Source of the DNA: Bordetella parapertussis | GTDB taxonomy: Bacteria; Pseudomonadota; Gammaproteobacteria; Burkholderiales; SG8-41 | Length of the DNA stretch: 64,000 nt | Assembly: GCA_945906815.1 (NCBI GenBank) | Contig: CAMDRT010000010.1 | Location: forward strand, 4,849-68,848 | Direction: 5' to 3' | In this document: one piece after another, positions 18,313 to 27,519 of the stretch | Position numbering within the stretch: position 1 is the stretch's first letter | How the letters are laid out: every line of letters starts with the position of its first letter | Position numbers and translations under genes: made by a program | Notes under the pieces: model-generated | Seen by the model: the letters and a program-made list of their open reading frames with translations, nothing else | The model's database searches: none | What the model was told of the DNA's origin: nothing

Positions 18313-18605
18313 TGGCTATGCACAATCCCCCGCATCCGGGTGAATTCATCACTCAAGTCTATCTTGATCCCAATAAACTGAGCGGCCGAGAGCTTGCTCT
18401 CAAGCTAGGCGTTGCCGCTTCGACGTTAAGCCGCATCCTTAAAGGGTCGAGTGCGGTGACTCCGGAGATGGCGCTGCGGCTGTCGAAGGCGCTTGGACGC
18501 ACGCCTGAAAGCTGGCTCTCGATGCAATACAACTACGATCTTTGGCATGCGCGGCAGCGCGTTAGTCTTGCGAATGTCGAAAAGGTTAAGCTCAACGCGG
18601 CATAA
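18309..18605 (+). CDS. higA: HigA-type antitoxin (XRE-family HTH)
   Basis: 98 aa. HPGEFI......L..SGRELALKLGV.ASTLSRIL.G....TPEMALRLSKA.G.TPE.WL..Q..YDL. 4-nt overlap with higB. Confidence 0.85.
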   Translation: MMAMHNPPHPGEFITQVYLDPNKLSGRELALKLGVAASTLSRILKGSSAVTPEMALRLSKALGRTPESWLSMQYNYDLWHARQRVSLANVEKVKLNAA

Positions 18606-18622
18606 CGCATAAGCTTAGGCAC

Positions 18623-19519
18623 CTACGCCGGCACTGCCACCCCTTCCTGCTCGCAGGTATTGGCAATATCGCTCACCGTTGCGCGCCGCATATCGCGCAC
18701 GAAGCGCATGTCATCGAAATCGGTGCCGCGATGCATGGTGCAGCGGTTGTCCCACATCACCAGATCATTGGGACGCCAGCGATGGGTGTGCACAAACTGG
18801 CGCTGGGTAACGTGCGCCAGCAGTTGCTGGAACAGTGCTTCACCTTCGGCGGCGGCCATGCCTAAAATGCGCCCGATGTGCGAAGCAACGTAGAGCGATT
18901 TTCTGCTGTTCTGCGGTATCGTGCGCACCAGCAGCTGCGGCACCGGTGGCAGGCGCTGGGCTTCTTCGGGCTCAAAGTTCGCGAAGCCGGTGCGCCGGCG
19001 CGACGCCGCTATCGAGTGCTCCGCCACCAGGCCGGCGAGCTTTTGTTTCATGGCGTCGGGCAGTGCATCGTAGGCCGCGCGCTGGTCGGCGAATTCGGTG
19101 TGGCCGCCGATGGGCACCACCGTCTTTGAGTACAGCAACGAGCACAGCCCCGGCTTGTATTTGAAAGAACTGTCGGTGTGCCACAGTTTGTTGCCTTCCT
19201 TGTACATGCGCTGGCGGCTGTCCTTGTCCCAGATTTTGCCTTCAACATTCAGATTGGAAATGTCGGCAAAAGCCGCACCCAGGCGCGGGGCCGCGTTCTC
19301 CATGGCCAGCACGCGGTCCATTTCGATCGGGCCAAATTGCTGGGCGAAATCGACGTGGTGCTGCGGCGACAGTTTTTGATCGGGGAACACCAGCACGCCG
19401 TATTTCCAGAATACCTGCTTGATCGCATGCATATCTTCTGCAGACACCGGCTGCGACAAATCCACATCATAGATTTCCGCGACGAAGTGGGGCGTATAGG
19501 CGTTGATCGCAATGGTCAT
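18623..19519 (-). CDS. TfdA/TauD family Fe(II)/2-oxoglutarate dioxygenase
   Basis: 298 aa. WHTDSSF (H-x-D), GGHTEFAD and MWDNRCTMHRG motifs. Confidence 0.85.
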   Translation of the reverse strand: MTIAINAYTPHFVAEIYDVDLSQPVSAEDMHAIKQVFWKYGVLVFPDQKLSPQHHVDFAQQFGPIEMDRVLAMENAAPRLGAAFADISNLNVEGKIWDKDSRQRMYKEGNKLWHTDSSFKYKPGLCSLLYSKTVVPIGGHTEFADQRAAYDALPDAMKQKLAGLVAEHSIAASRRRTGFANFEPEEAQRLPPVPQLLVRTIPQNSRKSLYVASHIGRILGMAAAEGEALFQQLLAHVTQRQFVHTHRWRPNDLVMWDNRCTMHRGTDFDDMRFVRDMRRATVSDIANTCEQEGVAVPA

Positions 19520-19655
19520 GTGGGCATGTCCCTAGGCTGGAGGATGAACTATTATAGTCCTCGCCATGTACAAATTCCTGCCGAATTCCCCCACGCTGCA
19601 TGAGGCGGGGTGTAGATATAAGCAGTTGTTTTTAAAAAATACTTAAGGAACACAA

Positions 19656-20891
19656 ATGCCCAGTCCCGCCCGCGCCAAAAAAGGCCAACCGCATCTGCAG
19701 CGCGACAATCAGCAATGGTTCTTTGACTGGATGGTGAAAGAAACCGGCAAGACTTTCCATTTTCAGCCCGATGGTCGCGGGCGCTTGCCGCGCACTGTGC
19801 GCAGCCACGACATGATCGCCAAACACCTGGGCCTGGCGGCGAAAAAATCCGAACGTTTGGCACAGGCGGAGATGGAGGCGGGTCACAAGGAAACGGCGAT
19901 GGAACTGTATTACTCGGCGGCGCTGCAGTACGCCGATGCCCAGCACGTGGTGTTCGAGACCGCCGATGAGAAAAAATTTCTGCATGGCGGGGTCATGCGC
20001 TGCTACGACAAGGTGCGCGAACTGGCGCCTTATCGCATTGAGCATGTGGATGTGCCGTGGAACGGCACGGTGGTGTCGGGTAATCTGCATTTGGCGCCCG
20101 GCGATGGCGCCAAGCCGCTGATTTTTTATGTGCCCGGTTGCGATCAGACCAAGGAGGCGTGGCCGCATCCGTACTACAACCAGGCGCTGCAACGTGGCAT
20201 GCATGTGTTTTCGTTTGACGGCCCCGGGCAAGGCGAGAGCAATCTGCGTGGCATCCGCCTCACCGACGACAACTATGAAGATGCGGCGGGCGCGGTGATC
20301 GATTATTTGATCCAACGCAAGGAGGTCGACGCCCAAAAAATCGGCGTCTATGCACTCTCTTTCGGTTCGTTCTGGGGTATGCGCATCGCCGCGAAAAATC
20401 GTCACATTGCTGCCGCGGCTGCACCGTGGGCGTCGTTTGTCGACAAATACTATTTGATGACCGAAGAATCGCCGCGCTACAAGCAACTCTTCGCCTATCT
20501 CACGCAATCCTCCAGCGAAGACGAACTCGATGCGGTGTGGCAAAAAATGACCATGGATGGGCTGATGGATAAAATCACCTGTCCCACGCTGATTGTCACC
20601 GGCGAATACGATCCGCGCGCGCCGGTGGGTGAGGTGTACCGCTTGTTCGATCAGATGCAGGCGCCCGCCGAACTGTGGGTGCTGCCCGATCAGCATCACA
20701 ATGGCTCGATCACGCAAAAGGGTCGCAGTTCGGTGTGGGAGGCCGACATCCACGCCTTCGTGTGCGACTGGCTGCGCGAGCGCTTTAACGGCGTGCCGCT
20801 GAAACATCCGGGCAAATCACTGTGGGTAGACCCTGCGGGCGCAGGGCCGAACGCGCCGGGAATTAGTTACAAGCGGCGGTGGTTTGATTAG
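19656..20891 (+). CDS. alpha/beta hydrolase (DHPON-hydrolase-like C-C/ester hydrolase, tentative)
   Basis: 411 aa with a helical N-domain then an alpha/beta core. Nucleophile motif YALSFGS, late D and HH residues. The antisense ORF 19632..20807 is a shadow. Confidence 0.65.
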   Translation: MPSPARAKKGQPHLQRDNQQWFFDWMVKETGKTFHFQPDGRGRLPRTVRSHDMIAKHLGLAAKKSERLAQAEMEAGHKETAMELYYSAALQYADAQHVVFETADEKKFLHGGVMRCYDKVRELAPYRIEHVDVPWNGTVVSGNLHLAPGDGAKPLIFYVPGCDQTKEAWPHPYYNQALQRGMHVFSFDGPGQGESNLRGIRLTDDNYEDAAGAVIDYLIQRKEVDAQKIGVYALSFGSFWGMRIAAKNRHIAAAAAPWASFVDKYYLMTEESPRYKQLFAYLTQSSSEDELDAVWQKMTMDGLMDKITCPTLIVTGEYDPRAPVGEVYRLFDQMQAPAELWVLPDQHHNGSITQKGRSSVWEADIHAFVCDWLRERFNGVPLKHPGKSLWVDPAGAGPNAPGISYKRRWFD

Positions 20892-20958
20892 CGGAATGCA
20901 AAGCCAGTGCCAGAGGGTAGGGGGGGCACGGTGCCCACGCGTTGCGGCATAGGCTGCG

Positions 20959-21849
20959 TCATCCCGGCAGGTTTGCCAACGCACTGTCCGGCGCCGTGCC
21001 CGCCACGGTGGTGCGGTGCATGTTGCGGCGGTACAGGGTTTTGTCGAATGTGGTGGCGCGGTGCAGCGCACAGCGGTTGTCCCAGATCACCAGGTCGTGC
21101 TGACGCCACGCATGGCTGTAGACGAATTGCGGCTGCGTGCAGAACGCGGTGAGCTCATGCAGAAGTTTTCGCGCATCCTCGTGCGGCATGTCGACGATCT
21201 CCTGCGCATGTGCACCGACGTAAAAATTCTTGCGGCCATTCACCGGGTTGGTGCGCAGCAGGGGGTGGGTGACGGTGAGACGCTGCTTTTGTTCTTCGTT
21301 ATAGGCAGGGTCATCGCTATTGCCGGGCTCCGCTACGCGGTGGATCACGGTCTTACCCTCCAGCGCTGCCTTGCGCGCTGCGGGGAGTGCCGCGTAGGCG
21401 GCACGTGCGCTGGCGAAATCGGTATTGCCGCCGGCCGGCGGCACCTGCCTGCCCGACAGCAATGAGCAGAGTGCGGCGACAGACTTGAACGAACTATCGG
21501 TGTGCCATTCCTCATTGCGCAGCCGGTGGATCATGCTGGGATGGTCCAGCGGCAACAGCTTGCCCTGCGCGTCCATATTGGTCATCACCGCGATAGCGCC
21601 GGGCTGGTAGTTATTTGCCGCGTGCGCCTCCGTCGTCTCCAGCGTGCCGAAGTTGCGGCTGAATGCAATCTGCGACGCGTCATCGAAGGGCTGGTCGCGA
21701 AACACCAGAATCTGGTGCTGGTTAAAGGCTTCCCAGATGACGCGGAAATCCTCGCGCGCGACCGGCACGGTCAGGTCGATGCCGGTGATCTCGGCGACAA
21801 ACAGCGGGTGCAGGGGCTTGATGGTGAGTCGATTCAGAACTGCGGACAT
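20959..21849 (-). CDS. TfdA/TauD family Fe(II)/2-oxoglutarate dioxygenase
   Basis: ATG 21849 follows AGGAG. WHTDSSF, GGNTDFAS and IWDNRCALHRA. Paralogue of 18623..19519. Confidence 0.85.
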   Translation of the reverse strand: MSAVLNRLTIKPLHPLFVAEITGIDLTVPVAREDFRVIWEAFNQHQILVFRDQPFDDASQIAFSRNFGTLETTEAHAANNYQPGAIAVMTNMDAQGKLLPLDHPSMIHRLRNEEWHTDSSFKSVAALCSLLSGRQVPPAGGNTDFASARAAYAALPAARKAALEGKTVIHRVAEPGNSDDPAYNEEQKQRLTVTHPLLRTNPVNGRKNFYVGAHAQEIVDMPHEDARKLLHELTAFCTQPQFVYSHAWRQHDLVIWDNRCALHRATTFDKTLYRRNMHRTTVAGTAPDSALANLPG

Positions 21850-21960
21850 GGGCATCTCCTGTCGAGAAACGATCGTGTATAGGGGTATGGCACCCGGCGC
21901 AGGCAAGCCTAATGCGCCGCAGGCCGGGCCGTCAACTTAAAGCCGCACGCAGGCGCCACC

Positions 21961-22518
21961 TCAAACCGGCAGGATGCGTTCTTTTCTGTCCGCCGGCAGG
22001 TCGGCATCGAACGCGTTGACGAGCAAGGCTATGCCATTGTAGTTGCCCAGGATCAGGCCCAGTTCGATCACGCCCTGCTTGCCCAACTGCTCCAGCGCCA
22101 ATTGAAATGCGCCGCGGCTCACGCGATGGGTGCGGAAGAATTCCTGTCCGAAGCGCACCACGGCGCTCTCGTCATCGGCAAGCTGCGGTAGCGGCAGGCG
22201 GTCGCGCAACGCGTCGACCAGCGCGTCACCGACACCGCTGGCGCGTGCCGATGCTGCGTGCGCGTTCCAGACGTACTGGCAATCCATCTCGCGCGCGGTG
22301 ACCAGCATCGCCAGTTCCTGAATCTTTTTCGGCAGCGAGGATTCGTTGCGCAGATAGAGATTCACGGCATTCATCATTTGGTGCACTTTGGGCACGTGGA
22401 TCATGATGGAGCCGGGGCCGGAGCGCGGAACCGCGCCATACCCTTGCACCAGTTCATCGAACGCGCCGCGCTGTTTTTCGGGAACGCTGTCTCGGCTTGC
22501 TGGGGGTAGTCTTGCCAT
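21961..22518 (-). CDS. carboxymuconolactone decarboxylase (AhpD-like) family protein
   Basis: ATG 22518 follows GGAGG. LAMLVTAREMDCQYVWNAH pattern of the CMD family. Confidence 0.75.
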   Translation of the reverse strand: MARLPPASRDSVPEKQRGAFDELVQGYGAVPRSGPGSIMIHVPKVHQMMNAVNLYLRNESSLPKKIQELAMLVTAREMDCQYVWNAHAASARASGVGDALVDALRDRLPLPQLADDESAVVRFGQEFFRTHRVSRGAFQLALEQLGKQGVIELGLILGNYNGIALLVNAFDADLPADRKERILPV

Positions 22519-22604
22519 TGGAGCCTCCTGTGGCTGGTTTATTTTCATTGCGCCCATATGCACAGGGCATTCTATATTGGATGAAACCCCAACTGGAGAC
22601 AAAC

Positions 22605-23153
22605 ATGGCGCGCGTACCGTATGTAGAGCGGGATGAGATGAATGCCGAGGGGCAGGAGATTTACGACCGTATCCGTCGCGACCGCAATGCGGACAAAGTG
22701 GGCCTGCAATTCCGGACTTTGCTGAATAGCCCGCAAGCCGCGAGTTATCTGACCTCGATGGGCGCGGTGCTGCGATTCCAGAGCGCGCTGCCGGAAAACC
22801 TCAAGGAATTCGCCATTACCGTGCTTGCGCGCGAGTGGAACTCCGACATCGAGTGGACAGCGCACGCCGCACTGGCCGCGAAGGTGGGTGTCAGCGCTGC
22901 CTCCCTCGAAGCTATCCGTAGCGGGGCTGGGTTGGCAGCGCTGAGCGCTGATGAACAGCTCATCACCCGTTTTGTGCACCAATTGCTGCGCGATAAAAAC
23001 GTGACCGATGAAGTTTTTGCCGCCGCCCAAAAGTTATTAGGAACCCGGGGCGTGGTGGACCTCACGCTCACCTGCAGTTATTACAGTGCGATCAACATCG
23101 CACAAATCGCACTCAAGCCGGAGATGGATCCGGGGAAGGCCTCGACCCTGTAA
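22605..23153 (+). CDS. carboxymuconolactone decarboxylase (AhpD-like) family protein
   Basis: ATG 22605. FAITVLAREWNSDIEWTAH. Divergent paralogue of the previous gene. Confidence 0.75.
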   Translation: MARVPYVERDEMNAEGQEIYDRIRRDRNADKVGLQFRTLLNSPQAASYLTSMGAVLRFQSALPENLKEFAITVLAREWNSDIEWTAHAALAAKVGVSAASLEAIRSGAGLAALSADEQLITRFVHQLLRDKNVTDEVFAAAQKLLGTRGVVDLTLTCSYYSAINIAQIALKPEMDPGKASTL

Positions 23154-23209
23154 GGCGCTGCCGCACCAGAAGTTCCGCCACCGCCACCGACCACAGCCAG
23201 GAGCACAGG

Positions 23210-23749
23210 GTGAATAAACCGCTAGCGCAATCCGTAACCGATCCCCAGCGTATGCCGTATCAAAAGCCGCAGCCGCGCGACATGCGCCCCGACCTGGTGA
23301 TTCACGACGCGATAGGTCAGCACGACCCGCGCCTGTGGGTGCCGCTGTCGGAGCACATCGCCGTACGCCCGTTGCAATTTAATGTCACGCAGGGCCAGTA
23401 CACCCACGTCATGCGCGTCACCAAGGCGGGCATGATCGCGCGCCATCGCCACGCGGGCGCAGTACACGCGTGGGTGTTCAAGGGCCGCTGGCTGTATTTG
23501 GAGCACGACTGGGTCGCCGAGGAAGGTAGTTACATCTTCGAGCCGCCGGGCGAGACGCACACACTGGTGGTGCCCGAAGGCTGCAGCGAGATGGTGACCC
23601 TGTTTCAGGTGACCGGCAGCCTGATGTATGTCGACCCGCAGGGGGTTGCCACCGGATACGACGATGTGTTCACGCGCCTCGACAAGGCCCGCGCGCACTA
23701 CGCGGCGGTAGGCCTGGGCGAAAATTATGTCGAGCAGTTCATCCGCTAA
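23210..23749 (+). CDS. cupin, 2,4'-dihydroxyacetophenone-dioxygenase-like family
   Basis: 179 aa. Cupin motifs RHRHAGAVHAWVFKG and EPPGETHTL. Size and pattern recall the DAD family. Confidence 0.6.
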   Translation: MNKPLAQSVTDPQRMPYQKPQPRDMRPDLVIHDAIGQHDPRLWVPLSEHIAVRPLQFNVTQGQYTHVMRVTKAGMIARHRHAGAVHAWVFKGRWLYLEHDWVAEEGSYIFEPPGETHTLVVPEGCSEMVTLFQVTGSLMYVDPQGVATGYDDVFTRLDKARAHYAAVGLGENYVEQFIR

Positions 23750-23794
23750 GCAGCAGAGTCCATCATAAGGGGATGCGCTGCTGCGGCAGATTTT
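23750..23794 (+). terminator. candidate intrinsic terminator after the cupin gene
   Basis: GCAGCAG (23750-56) pairs with CTGCTGC (23778-84), followed by a TTTT tract at 23791-94. The 21-nt loop is long, so this is tentative. Confidence 0.35.
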
Positions 23795-23901
23795 CTCAAT
23801 TCGCGCATGCGATAGGCTAAATCGAGGCTGGCTGTTCCCTATTGTTATCGCTTGAGTCATAATCTTTACAGTTCGATGTTCCATCGTCAGGAGGGGGCAA
23901 A

Positions 23902-24123
23902 TTGTCCGCTACGTGGATACTCAATATCGTGGGTCTACTCGCGATTACTGTGGGCACTCTCCTGATCTTGTTGTACTTGTGGAAAAGTCCAAAGACTGCC
24001 GAGGAATGGCTGCAATCAGAGGTCAAGCGCGACTACGCAAAACACAGAGCCTGTTTGATCGTGGGTGTGGGGCTCGTCACGGCCTGGCTCGCGGTCCATT
24101 ATTTGGCGCTCATTCTGACGTAG
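23902..24123 (+). CDS. small two-TM membrane protein, unknown function
   Basis: 73 aa. TTG start 7 nt after AGGAGGG. Two hydrophobic helices (WILNIVGLLAITVGTLLILLYLW; CLIVGVGLVTAWLAVHYLALIL). Lies in an AT-richer 600-bp gap. Confidence 0.45.
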   Translation: MSATWILNIVGLLAITVGTLLILLYLWKSPKTAEEWLQSEVKRDYAKHRACLIVGVGLVTAWLAVHYLALILT

Positions 24124-24370
24124 CGTGTTGCGAAAGACTTAGGCCGAGACTCTGGTTCGCCAGAGTGGGTGCCGCTGCGCTAGAAACATCCGGCAGTGCG
24201 ATGGTATCTTCCGCTATGATGCCAGCGCTGTAAGCTGCCTTGCCCATGCTTTGGGGAGAGCAACGCGCAACGCAGGTCTCGCGTGTGCGCCGATCCGGCA
24301 CTTGCCGGCGCCGGGTGAACATCTCGTACCGAATTAGACCCCAACCCATACCATTGAAGGGATAGTTACC

Positions 24371-26971
24371 ATGGCAGCACAGAACGAACATTCCGCTTCC
24401 GGCCCCGCATCGCTCGCCGGCATACGCGTCATCGAGTTCGCCGATGAAAAGGCCGAATACTGCGGCCTGACACTGGCTGGGCTGGGCGCTGATGTGATCA
24501 AAGTGGAACCGCCCGGGGGCAGCCCCACGCGCCGCATCGGGCCTTTTTATCAAGACAAAGCCGATACCAACGGCTCGTTGTTCTTCTGGCAGTACAATCG
24601 TGGCAAACGCTCGATAGAACTCGATCTGAAGCAGGAAAAAGACCGCGCTAAATTTCGTGAGTTGATTGCTGGTGCCGATATCCTGCTGGAATCCTCGCCC
24701 AAAGGGGAGCTCGACGCTTATGGATTGAGCGCGGACACGCTCAAAAAAGAATTCCCCACGCTGATTCACGCACGCGTCACACCCTTTGGCGACAACGGCC
24801 CGTGGGCCGAGTTCAAGGCCTCGGACCTGATCCACCTGGCGCTGGGCGGGGTGATGATGAACTGCGGCTACGACCCCGCGCCCGATGGCAAATATGATCT
24901 GCCGCCGATTGCGCCGCAGATGTGGCACGCCTATCACATCGCGGGTGAGCAACTCAGCATGACGATACTCGCCGCACTGCTGTATCGCCTGCGCACGGGC
25001 AAAGGCCAGCAGGTGTCATGCGCGATCCACGAGGCGGTGGCGAAATCCACCGAAGTCGATCTCATGACTTGGGTCATGCGCCACGCGATTGTGCTGCGCC
25101 AGACTTGCCGTCATGCGCGTGAGGGCGTTGCGCCCAATCCCTCGATCGCGCACACCAAGGATGGGCGCTGGGTGATGGCGAACCTCGGCAACCGGCCCGA
25201 CGATGGCGAGCGCCTGATTAAATTATTGGAGAAGCACGGCATGGCCGCTGGTTTCACCGCGGAAACTGCTGCCCCGGCCAGAGGCGGCCGTTTTATCCCC
25301 GGCACCGGCCCGGTGACCGCGACACGCGACGAGGGGATGGAAGCCGTGCAGCGTTTTGTGCGCGCATTCACCTATGAGAATGTGCCCTGGCGCGAGGCGC
25401 AAGAGGCCGGCTTGTTGTGCGCGCCGCTGCGCAAGCCGCACGAGAATGCGCTCGATGAGCACTGGCTCGTGCGCAAAAGCGTCACCGATGTAGAGCATCC
25501 CGAGTTGGGAAAATCGTTTCGCTACGCCACCAGCAAGTGGATCAGCACGGCGAATCAGTGGGTAGTGGGCCGCCGCGCGCCTCTGTTGAATGAAGACGCC
25601 GCGTCGGTGATGGCCTCGCCCTCGTCACCACGGCGTGCGCATCCGGTGATCAGCCCCAATGCACGGGTGGATCCCCAAGAGCCGCCGTCCCAGCGCGGCA
25701 AGCCGTTTCCGCTGCACGGCATACGCATAGTCGATTTCACCTGGTTTCTGGCCTCGGCCGGCGGTACCCGCTTTTTGAGCGCGTTCGGCGCGGAGAGCAT
25801 CAAGATCGAACTGAAAAGTCATCCGGATACGCGCCTCGCCGCCATGGCGCCGGTCGGCGGGCGCGAAGCACGCGACAAGGCTACTGCGCCGCTGCCCGGT
25901 GTTACCGATGTGAACATGGGCGGACAATTCAACAATAAGAATCCGGGCAAGCGCGGCATTTCGCTTAACGTGCGTCATCCGCAAGGTCTGGCGATCGCCA
26001 AGCGCCTGGTCGCCATGTCAGACATCGTGGCGGAAGGTTTCTCGCCGGGCGTGCTCGACAACTGGGGGCTAGGCTACAGCGAGTTGTGCAAGATCAAGCC
26101 CGACATCATCTACGTGCAGCAGTCGGGCATGGGCGCGCAAGGCACCTACGGGCGCTTTCGTACCGTAGGTCCCATCGCCAATGCGTTCGCGGGCTTGTCC
26201 GAGATGTCCGGGCTACCCGAACCGGCGATGCCGGCGGGCTGGGGTTATTCGTATCTCGACTGGATGGGTGCCTACAGCTTTGCGCTCGCCATGTTGAGTG
26301 CCTTGTTCCATCGCGATCGCACCGGCCAGGGGCAATGGATCGATGCGTCGCAGACCGAGGTCGGCCTTTTCATCAACGGGCCGGCAATTCTCGACTGGTC
26401 GGCCAACGGCCGCATCTGGACACGTACCGGAAATCGCTCGCCGTACAAACCGGCAGCGCCGCACGGTGCCTATCCGTGTGCCGGCGACGATCGCTGGATC
26501 GCGATAGCGTGCTTTAACGAAGCCGAGTGGGCCGCGCTGGCGCAAGTTGCCGGGCATCCCGAGTGGACGCGCGATGCGCGGTTCAAGGATCTTGCGTCGC
26601 GCATGGCCAATCTGGACGCGCTCGACAAGCTCATCGGCAGCTGGACCAAAACGCAGGAACCGTACGCCGCGATGCATGCACTGCAAAAAGCCGGCGTGCC
26701 TGCGGGCGTGTGTCAGCACGCGGGAGACCGCTGCGATAACGATCCGCAACTGAAGTCACTCGAATGGCTGACCGAAGTCACCGGCACCAAGATCGGCCGC
26801 TGGCCGATTGCCGAAGTGCCGGTAAAAATGAGCGAGAGTCCGGCCTACATCGGCGGACGCCTGGACCGCGGTGCCCCGTGCTACGGCGAAGACAACAACT
26901 ATGTGTTCGGCGAACTGCTGGGGTTTTCGCCGCAGGAGATCGAGGCGATGGCAGCAGAGGGCGTGATTTGA
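24371..26971 (+). CDS. fused tandem family III (CaiB/BaiF) CoA-transferase, two modules in one 866-aa protein
   Basis: Module 1 LAGIRVIEFADEKAEYCGLTLAGLGADVIKVEPP. Module 2 LHGIRIVDFTWFLASAGGTRFLSAFGAESIKIE. Both are followed by the ...TG.GQ helix region. Confidence 0.85.
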   Translation: MAAQNEHSASGPASLAGIRVIEFADEKAEYCGLTLAGLGADVIKVEPPGGSPTRRIGPFYQDKADTNGSLFFWQYNRGKRSIELDLKQEKDRAKFRELIAGADILLESSPKGELDAYGLSADTLKKEFPTLIHARVTPFGDNGPWAEFKASDLIHLALGGVMMNCGYDPAPDGKYDLPPIAPQMWHAYHIAGEQLSMTILAALLYRLRTGKGQQVSCAIHEAVAKSTEVDLMTWVMRHAIVLRQTCRHAREGVAPNPSIAHTKDGRWVMANLGNRPDDGERLIKLLEKHGMAAGFTAETAAPARGGRFIPGTGPVTATRDEGMEAVQRFVRAFTYENVPWREAQEAGLLCAPLRKPHENALDEHWLVRKSVTDVEHPELGKSFRYATSKWISTANQWVVGRRAPLLNEDAASVMASPSSPRRAHPVISPNARVDPQEPPSQRGKPFPLHGIRIVDFTWFLASAGGTRFLSAFGAESIKIELKSHPDTRLAAMAPVGGREARDKATAPLPGVTDVNMGGQFNNKNPGKRGISLNVRHPQGLAIAKRLVAMSDIVAEGFSPGVLDNWGLGYSELCKIKPDIIYVQQSGMGAQGTYGRFRTVGPIANAFAGLSEMSGLPEPAMPAGWGYSYLDWMGAYSFALAMLSALFHRDRTGQGQWIDASQTEVGLFINGPAILDWSANGRIWTRTGNRSPYKPAAPHGAYPCAGDDRWIAIACFNEAEWAALAQVAGHPEWTRDARFKDLASRMANLDALDKLIGSWTKTQEPYAAMHALQKAGVPAGVCQHAGDRCDNDPQLKSLEWLTEVTGTKIGRWPIAEVPVKMSESPAYIGGRLDRGAPCYGEDNNYVFGELLGFSPQEIEAMAAEGVI

Positions 26972-26982
26972 GCTAAATCCGC

Positions 26983-27294
26983 CTAGCCCGCGGGCGACAG
27001 CACATGTATTACGCGGCCGGCGAGCATGTCCTTGACCTTGGCCGCGTAGGCGGCCATGTGCGGCGCGGCGGCGTGCGCCTTGAGCGCGGCAACGTCGCGC
27101 CATTTTTCGATGACCACAAAAGTGTCAGCGCCGAACTGGGTCTGGAAACCGCCCAGCCCTTCGGCATCGATGGCGGGGCCGTACTCAATACAGCCGTCTT
27201 CCGCGATGACCGCGGGAATGTTGGCGCGAAACGCTGCCAGCACGCTGTCACGCATGCCGGGCTTGGTGGTGAGGATGGCTACGACGTGGATCAT
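26983..27294 (-). CDS. antibiotic-biosynthesis-monooxygenase (ABM) domain protein, YgiN-like
   Basis: 103 aa ferredoxin-like fold pattern: MIHVVAILTTKPG..., FVVIEKWRDVAALKAH...PHM. Confidence 0.75.
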   Translation of the reverse strand: MIHVVAILTTKPGMRDSVLAAFRANIPAVIAEDGCIEYGPAIDAEGLGGFQTQFGADTFVVIEKWRDVAALKAHAAAPHMAAYAAKVKDMLAGRVIHVLSPAG

Positions 27295-27519
27295 GGTGTT
27301 TCTCCTGTGAGCAAGGGCTGAGACAAGGGCATGCTATAGCGGCGGTGCTAGCGCCCTAAGTGTGGATCAGATAGTCTGAACACGAAGTATAGGCGCTCGC
27401 CATTGTAAGATACCATCACCTATGACAACGTGCATGATTGTGATGCTGATGCCATCACTTGATTAACGGGTATTTCGTGGCCAACACCAAAACAACCCAA
27501 ACAGCTGGGGGACGATTCG

